Shown piece by piece: positions 54,036-64,000 of a DNA stretch of 64,000 bases. This DNA is from the human T2T-CHM13v2.0 reference genome, Homo sapiens. The stretch's first letter is position 1. Each line of letters opens with the position of its first letter. The translations under genes and the position numbers were made by a program. Where the stretch lies: the NCBI RefSeq assembly GCF_009914755.1, contig NC_060930.1; one strand, given 5' to 3'. The notes beneath the pieces are model-generated. The model saw nothing but the letters and a program-made list of their open reading frames with translations. It was not told where the DNA came from and ran no database searches.

Positions 54036-57000
54036 GGTATCAAAGCTATAAGGATCTCAGGACACATGTGGATGTTAATAATGGTCACATGTAGTTCAGT
54101 TGTACAGATACGGATTCTTGTCCATACTCAAAAATCAAGTGCTGTCCTTTGTATGCGAAGTGTGCTTTTATTCTATCAGGAAGGCATGTACTTTGGATTG
54201 TTTTTCTAGCAGTGGTGGGTGACAGATTGACTCATAGCAGTACACAGTCTTGCCCTGCCTCCTTAATTTTTTATTTTAACCATTTGCAAGCTGGTTGTGT
54301 GAACGATAGACATTGTTTGCCATCAAAAATTAAGGCAAAGTTAGGTCACCAACATGAAGATCAACCCCTAATACTTTCTTCTTTAGACAGTGGCTTCAGA
54401 GAAAAGCACAGTGTAGAAACCAAGCTAGCTCTCTTTTCTTTTTTCTCTTTCTCTTTTGAACACCAAAACCCTGCTTGGATGAGAAATATTTGTCAACTAT
54501 AACTCATTTACTTATTAGGATCTTACCTAATTAGTCTTGAATACAGGTATGGGTTTTTGGGTTAGATCAGGAATATAGAGTGAAATCAGAGCCAGAAATG
54601 TAGTCTCTAACGTCTCTACTGGAAACTGTAAAATCTACACAAGTGTTTGAATTGGATTGACAGAAATCTGTAGGCCAGGCTGTGAACTTCTGCAGCCAGA
54701 AAGTCAACTCAAATACTCCCTCCCTGCTATTTCCACCAGAGAGGCACAGCAGCCCAACTGTCACCTTGAATGCGCCTGGGCAAACTCAGAGCCTGACACT
54801 GGGCTCTGTCCTCATGACCTCTGCCAACTAATCAGTCAAAATATTTCCTGATCTAGAGAGCATACTCCACCTATTGGGCATATGCCCAGAGCTGCGAGTG
54901 CACTCTAATCAGGTGGGAGAACCTATCCAGGTGCCAGGGCAAAAATTAACATCTGACTGACATATGGACTATGAATTTTCTCTTCTCGCATCCTAGAGTC
55001 ATGCAGAGGCAGTATGTGGGAGATTTGATCTGTGCATACATAGCCTAGGGGATTTGGTTTAAATCAAATCATAATTAAAACACTGGTTAGGAAAACAAGG
55101 CATAATTATTTTTTTCCCGCACATTTTAACTAACTTGCATATAGTCTTAAATATATGTTGGGCACAATAAGAGTAAGGTATCAGTTTCATTTTTGAAAGG
55201 TGCAAATTTCCTATTTAAAACAATCCACTTATTATGTTCTGGGATTAACTTTGCAGCTACATCAGTAAATTAAAGGACATTTCAATGATTACATTTGTTG
55301 ACTAAAGTTATGTAACACTATTTAAGAAATCACCAAAAAGTAAATCACCTACAGTTCAACAGGCTCTCATCACAGGTATTTGGAGGGGATTTTTTTGTCA
55401 CACTATCAATAAAACAGTATACAAATGCTTCACTTAAACAAAACACACTTATGAATGTTAGATGTTTCTGGCAATAGTAAATAAATAATCTATTTAAATA
55501 GAACTGATATGTTATTTTTCTAATATTCAACTAATTTGTATATAAAATACTTAAAAAATGAAAATAATATTTTTGCTAGGTCAACATGAGCAACTTAATG
55601 TACTGAAAGAGTCATCTATCTGAGTATTTATAATCTTCTTGTTTCTTCATAGACTTTAAAGAAGTTTCTTGCCATTTTTACAGCACAATTTTAAAATTTA
55701 GAAATAGCTCAACTTAGTTTAGTTTCTCCTGGCTAATCCTTGTGCTGCTTTCATGAATTCATGAGTTAAAAGAATCCTGTAATTTTTTTAAAGCCATATT
55801 TTCCTTTTCAGAGTCACTCCAAGGATTTTCTTCATTCGATTTCCATTCCTCCAGAAGACAGCAAAAACCCAGAAACTATAACAACATTTAAACCTCAAGA
55901 TTTAGTCCTTTTAGAATATTCCACTCAAAAGGTTTCTATTTGGTATAAATTACCCCTTTCCTTGCACTCATGATCAAATTCTTCCTCTATTCCTCAAGAT
56001 ATAGTATACCTGTTATAACAAAAATAGATTTCTTGAAGTACTACCAATTTAAAAAGACTTTGAAATATATAAACTTGGAGAAAATACAGAGGGATGATTA
56101 AGACTGTCATCTTTCATTGCTGCTTTATGTCCCCCATTAGAGAAAAGTGATTTGCTTTTCCAGACTATGTTCCTGAAAATTCTAGGATTCTTTGGAGTAT
56201 TCTAGGGTCTCCATAGATGTTTGGTTTGAATGTCTATCACAATTTTTGTGCTACTCCAAATAAAGGTTATGTCATCCACTGTTTTATATTTGAACTTTTC
56301 ATAATTGTTCTGTTGATTAGTAAGTTACGTCTTGGAATTTAGGTTTTGTTTTTGATATTTAAAGCAGCCCAAATATACTCTGAATAAAATTGTGCAAGTA
56401 AGTCTATCACCTCAGGATGTATGTCCTGTGCTGAACTAAATTTCAGGTGTTTACTAATAACACAAAGTGAAAGCAGGAAAGAGTAAAATGTGTTTGAACA
56501 GTCACTGTATACCACAGAGACAAACATTAGTTATTGGCAATACCAGGATTTTTCAAAACAGAACTGAATAATTTCTTATAAACAAATGTACTGGCTGCCC
56601 CAAGGTAAGATATTGCTGCAGAGAGTTTAAATGAGATAAGATCTCTCTTCCCTTCTCCCCACATCTGCCTGCTGATTAAAAAAAACAAAAAACAAAAAAA
56701 CATTAAACAATTTTATAATAGAACTCCAGTTGGCAATGTAGACTCATGATGTTATGCTTACAATAGCGGAAAATGAAGTTCACCAAATATGGTTTCAATA
56801 GACGAAGCAAAATAAATTTAACTCTCAAACTTCAATAAATATTTGTCAGAGAAGGATCCTCAGATGACGGAGATTTTCTTTGTGACATCTTTAAGTAGCT
56901 TACAGTGTTTTAAGATTCATTTAAAAATATTTTCCAGAAAACCTTGAAGAATTATGCTGGATAAGAAATCCATATATTGATTCCCTCTAAACACTTTCCA

Positions 57001-59149
57001 GTTTAGAAATGGAAGCACGTGCCAGATATTGTTAGTGAAACAACTTTCAAACAAATAATTTTTACTATTTCTTTTGCACCAAGACTTTTGCAGGCCTGTA
57101 TAGCACATTATTAAAAACGGCTGTATTTTGAATCAAACTCTTTTCAATGCTGTGCAATTAAAAATATACAAAAATAAAGTGGACATTAATGGATATAATA
57201 TTCCAACTGTCATCCATAACTTTGACTTCAAAATACACCTATACTTACTGAGTGAAATTTTAAGAGTGGATCTTCCTTACACAAATACAGACTTAATACC
57301 TCTTGGAATACTTGTCTTCTACAGAATTTAGTTTAGGAAATGCTGTAGTTTTAGAATAAAACCACTGAAAGAGTTAAGAATACAGGTCAACCAATAAAGA
57401 AAAAGTTTAATGGGTAGGATTAGTAAGAATTTATTGAAGCCTATGGTACCAGTAAGCCATAGAGTATTTAGCTGCTGTACACAGAAAAGGCTCTGGTGAT
57501 TAAAATTAAAAGTAATTAAATTAAATGTTTCATATCTTTCTGGGAAATACTCACTTTCAGGTTATTCTTATATGATAAATATGCTACATGTTAATTTTTT
57601 TCCTTAGGATCAGTGGCCTACAGTTTTAAACATATGTTTGGTTTCCAATCTGTAATAATAGATTTAGTACTCTCAAAAAATTTATTATGAAAATTTTCAC
57701 TTCCAGTAAAAACACATATAATTTATTTCTACCCAATTTCTACTTGGTATTTACATTTGAAAATTATTCTAATATTTTGTGACATTTAATTTTCCAGGTT
57801 GAACACATAAGATGCAGACAAACCTAATGTGCTCATGACATAAATATTTGCAAATATGAAATTCTAGATCAAAATGATCAAAACAATCTGCCATGCCACT
57901 TTTGTTTTTAAAAGTTCAATGTGAAGAATTCTTTAAAAATTTTTCATATTTTCGATCCCTATTAGTCCATTATGAACATCCCTAAACTAATGATATGAAA
58001 ACATCTCTAGTACCCTCTAATAAATTTACATCAAAGTAAATGGGCACAGTAATCTGAGAGTCAGGAGGCTGGATTCTAGGGTTAGTTCTGTCATGCACTT
58101 GCAAAGTGTCTTTGGGTACAGCACAAAGCTTCTCAGAGGTCCAGACTAACTGGCTAGCTCAAGTCCTCTCCAGTAAGGACTAGAGATTTGTTTCTACAGA
58201 TGCACTTAAGGTATTATTCAGGTTAATGACCATGCTTAAATGAGCAATTTTATTGTCTCACTATTCTAGTTCAATAGAAAGTTACCTGATAACATGCAAG
58301 TTCAGAGGGTTAACATTTTTCTACTGTGAATATCAGGAGAAACTAAAATAGATTTAGGCATTACAGATGGGATTATGTCATCACACTCGGCAAACACAGT
58401 TTCCTTTCTCTGGCTTTCAAAATTACAGACCTGGGTTTATATCAGCAATTTACAGCACTTCCCATTGAGAGCTAGGCTTGAGTAGGTAACCATGGGTACC
58501 ACCCACTGCTTGTAAATAGTGAAGATCTAGATAAAACATGTCTGACCACCTTCCCTGTGACATAAGAGAACACTAGACTACCCCTCAGAGTTATTTTCTC
58601 TGAGAGAAAACACCAAATGCTCTAATCATAACATTTTAAAATGCTCTTTACTTCTAACCCTGAACAAGTAAATTCTAAGAATGTTTTTGTTAAAATCATT
58701 ACCATTACCATTCAAAAGCATTTGAATTTTTAGGTTGTGAAAAAAATATTCTTCAAAGAAATGCCAATGAATTTTCTGATGGGACAATTCATTTAAACCT
58801 TTGTTACACCCATTTTTAGACCCTGAGGCCCTTCCTCAATATTGTATTCTTTATATATTCAGGTAGTACATACAAAACATTATCAATAATTTTGGAAAAT
58901 AATACAGAATAGAAAACAGAAAGACCCGCGATACGCTTGTAGTAATTTAACAGATGATAAATAAAGTAATCCTAATAAATAGGAACTGGATAGATTACTC
59001 ATTTAATTGATTGGCATATTTTGATATTTAGTTTTTATATTATAGAAACTCTCATTCCATATATTAGATAAAAATGTAGAATTATAGTTGAATAAAAAAT
59101 AATTAAAAATACAGATGTGTATTTAATCTCAGGTTATACAATTTTTTAA

Positions 59150-60250
59150 ATCTTAAGACAACGGAATATTATAGAGGAAAATACCAGTAGACCTAACTAC
59201 ATAAAATCCTATATATTGAAAACATATCGAATTAGAAAAAAATTAAGATAAATGGAGAACTGGGAAAAATACCTGCAACAAACCTGACAAAAAGTTTTAC
59301 TGTTCATGACTGATAAATGTCTTAAAAATTTTTTTAATTACAAAAATTTATTCACATAAGTTAGTAGATTCATACAAATAAATCTAATGCCCTACAAAAA
59401 ATGGCAAAGACATAATTCAATTCAAAGAAATACAAATTATTAGTAAATATATAAAAATGTTCAATATCATTAGTTATCAAATACAAATTAAAACAAAAAT
59501 ATCCTATCACTCACTAGCTGTATGTTAACTTGGGAAGGCTAGTAACAGTCTGTTAGTTTTCTCATCTATAAATTAACAATAGTTTCTATTTGTTAAGGTC
59601 GTCATGAGGCCTGTGTGAGTCAGTACAGTGCAGTGCATGATGCATGAGTGCTCAACAAATATTAGCTGCTATAGTTGCTACTTTATTTTTGCCTGGAAAA
59701 TGACAAAAATAAAACTGATAATATTCAACGCTGATTTGAGTTTATACTCTCATATACCACTTATACAATTATGAAGTCATTCATGTTTTCTAAGAATTAT
59801 TTTGGTAAGATTATCAGGAAATTTAAAAGGTCCAATCCTTTGATCCAGGAATTTCACTTCTAGTAATCTATCATAAGGAAACAACTAGATAGATGGATAA
59901 ATATTTACATACAAGAATATCCACTATCACTATTTATAACCTAAATAAAGAACAAAATGGAATGGTTAAGTGAATAAAGGTACAGTTAGATGTATAATGT
60001 GTATTATGAAGCTATTACAAATCATGTTTTTAAGGACTACATAATATACTATAAAATGATAAGTAACAATATTAGAATAATCTCAATTTTGCTAAATTAT
60101 TAATATGTATATACAAAGAAAAAGGGCAGGATGAAAAGGTAGTGATATATTAACAGTAGTTATCTCTAGGATGTAAGTTTTATTCTATTCTTTATTTTTC
60201 TATATTTTCGTAATTTTCTAACAGTAGCATTTCTTTCATAATGAGTAAAC
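59150..60250 (+). mobile_element. Degenerate L1M(E) 3' fragments with an embedded MIR (~59510-59670)
   Basis: aactgggaaaaatacctgcaac; cctttgatccaggaatttcacttctag; MIR tttctcatctataaa...gtgctcaacaaatattagctgcta. Confidence 0.55.
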
Positions 60251-60859
60251 TGAAGAAACTTTAAAAGTTGAGAAAAATAAGCCCAGTAATTAAAAAATGT
60301 ATCAACTTTGATATATTCATCAATTTCTGAAAACCTTTTCAATAACTTATGCAAATATGTAAAATCACAAACACTGAAATTGAAGAAACTTTATAAATTA
60401 GGTCACCCATTTGTTCTTTAGATTTCTGTTCCACAGAGCTAGTATGCAAAACCTAGCTGGTATGCAAAAAATCGGGTGGTAAGTATGTACACTCAGTTGC
60501 TAAGACTTATTTATGATGATCAGTGATTAAAAAAACAATTATATTCTTTAGCCGTTATTAATCCAAAGAGTAAAAATGAATATTTTCAGGAACAATAATT
60601 TTTACATGGTATTTAAATTTCAATGGTACAAACTATTAGTCCATAAACAAACCACATTATTATTGAAATTTTTAGTTTTTTTCCGGGCTTATAGAGTAAG
60701 GCCAGATAGGCTCGGTGTGTACATATGTGTGCACAGGCACACGCATTTGAGTGTGGTTGAGTGGAATGGTTTCCGCTTACTTTGTATTATTTATGTCTTT
60801 TAAAAAATATACCATAGCTACTACTACTTCCACTATTACTAATATAATTTATTAAGAGC

Positions 60860-61050
60860 TTAGTTCTTACAGTACTTCTTAAATCCTATTATGAAGTATA
60901 ATCTAATATCCTCACTTTAGGGATGAGGAAACAGCCATAAAGCGGTGAAAAAACCTGTGTAAGGCTACTCAGCTTGTAGGTAGCAGGGCTGGGATCTGGA
61001 CCCTAGCCATTTAGCTCCAGGATCAAAGTTCTTAATCACCACACAATATA
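60860..61050 (-). mobile_element. MIR SINE
   Basis: atcctcactttagggatgaggaaacag...gcagggctgggatctggaccctag. Confidence 0.6.
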
Positions 61051-61468
61051 ACTTCACATATTATCAACTACTATGAATAAAAATGCAATATAAGATGGCA
61101 AGCATCAAAATCACTCAGGACATTCTAGGTTGCAAAAGCACTCTAGAATACTGCAGATCATAGAATCTGAAGTGATTTTTAGAACTAAGAAAAACAAACA
61201 AGAAGCAAAAAAGTAAAATTAGTTTCTCTAAAGGTTCTTTAGAGTGTGTATACAGAAAGTGAGGTACGGTGGGCACAGTTGCAAAAGTGTGTATTTCAGG
61301 AGAAAGTGTTTGAAGCTAGGGGTTGGAAGGCCTGAATCTTAGCTCTGGTTTAATTTAATTTAATCTAATGAATAGCTTGACTTAGGAAAATTACTTAAGA
61401 AGGTAAGATACCTTCTCTTATCTTCTGTGTAGGATTGAGAATAAATGAGAATACAGAAAAGAAACAAG

Positions 61469-61775
<307 letters not shown>

Positions 61776-62749
61776 TCACCAATGAAAACCAATATGCCAA
61801 AGAGAGTACTGTTGTTAACCACTGAGTGGGGACGGATGGTGTGTGTCTCCACAGCACACATGAATGTGGTGTTCACAGGTGTGTGGCAGGTGACTGATGT
61901 TTATGCCATTCTCCCTGTGTACTTCCTACTCCAGGAGCTACTACAATTCAAAGCATTGTTTGTACTCTTCTCCTTCTTCCCCAGCTAACATGGCTTTAAG
62001 TATTCCTTTCTTCTATCACTTTAAATAATTCCTAAGGTGAAAAATTCACTTACAATTCTTTATATAATGAATTATATTCCTGAAATTGATCATGTCATTT
62101 GGTATAAAATTATTTCAGAAGTCATAAAGTAGACAGAAAGATGACTCGCTAAAAGCAGATTTTTAAATATAGTATCTGAATTATGTTTCCATGTAAACTA
62201 TTAACAATATCAAATTATTGGTAAATGGATATATATATACACATTGTTATGGGTATTCTAAATTAGATGTTACATTTAAATATATACCAAAAACTCTAGA
62301 TTTGGGATGACATGCTATGAAGACAAAATCTCTATGCTTCATAAATATAAACTAGTTGTTCATTGGCATTTTAATTTATGAAGTACATTTTACATTGGAG
62401 GCAAGTCAGTTCAGCCTTTCTGTATGAAAATATAGGTGTCAATCTATGATTACTATAAAAGCAGTCCACATACCTTTTCTCTTGTTAGGAGCTGCAGCTC
62501 AAAGCCAAGGTGGCAAAGTGTCCCCACTGCAGCTTAAAGTACCATGTCAGGTCCTCAGAGTGGACCTTAGGGAAGTGAACATCAGCATCCCCAATCATGG
62601 TAAGTTTCTACCATGAGCTCCCTTTTTTTTCTTTTTAGCAGCTTGAGGTATGTGGGAGCCAAGACAGGGTGGCCGCGTTATTGACACACACAGTCTACAA
62701 ATCCATCCCATTTTAATGAGATAATTTTTAACTTTAAAAGGAAGATTTA

Positions 62750-63437
<688 letters not shown>

Positions 63438-64000
63438 GTGCAGGCATATTCACTCTTGTAGTGCGCAAATTCTCATAGCTGAAGAAAATGGAGGAGACCT
63501 TTCCAGGTGGTGGTCCCCTCCTGAGGAATAATAACACCTTGGGTGCCCCTCTGGGGTGGAGTTTGTTACCATTTGTTGTTGATTTTGTTTGATTGTTCTA
63601 CTAGCGGCTAACTGAACCTTCCAGGTCATGGCTTGTTTTATTTTCTAGATGTATTTAAATTAAGCATTTTAAAATTGTGTCATCAGTTTTAAAAAGCCCA
63701 TTCTTTATGTTTATTAGATCCAAATTAGCTTAGGCAATACCTGAAGCTAGCTTAAAGTGCATTTTTATCATATACTAATACTAACAGTCTTAGATTGTAA
63801 AAGTAGTAATACATAAGTACCAGGTTGGACATGGGGGAAAAGATATACACACACACATGTATGTAAATAGTGTCATCAACCAAGATGGCTCTCAGGTGAT
63901 CTGTCCAGTCTATTTTAAAAACAAAAACTTTGAAGAGAGAAGCAGCTACCGCTTCTTTTTGAGGAAATAATGCAGACTTCATGATTAGGGCATTTTCTCC

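Noticed and set aside
55800-56610. Exon-like segments on both strands near 55812, 55955-56009 and 56561-56603
   Set aside because: Stops or inconsistent phases; no recognisable product.

Overview
Primate DNA, most likely human (young AluYd-type Alu; L1HS/L1PA2-grade LINE-1). It is AT-rich, intronic or intergenic, and I cannot name a host gene. Positions 3.5-39 kb are a dense LINE-1 cluster. L1-A (3501-9543) is the youngest, with intact ORF2 and ORF0, an ORF1 nonsense codon, and an apparent ~160-bp 3' transduction; it sits inside an Alu tail. L1-B (11485-24042, L1PA7-like) sits in an L1MB fossil and is split by L1-C (17494-23644, L1PA3/4-like). L1-D (26095-27571) is an inverted 5'-truncated copy. 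L1-E (32903-39041, L1PA5-like) interrupts one copy of an Alu-mediated ~0.9-kb tandem duplication. The rest is Alus, MaLR/ERV1 solo LTRs, MIR/L2/L1M fossils and unique sequence with a few exon-like segments. The least expected signal is that L1 copies of different ages share many non-consensus substitutions in a patchwork, suggesting local gene conversion (assembly mixing must be excluded). Subfamily labels rest on recalled diagnostics, not a RepeatMasker run.
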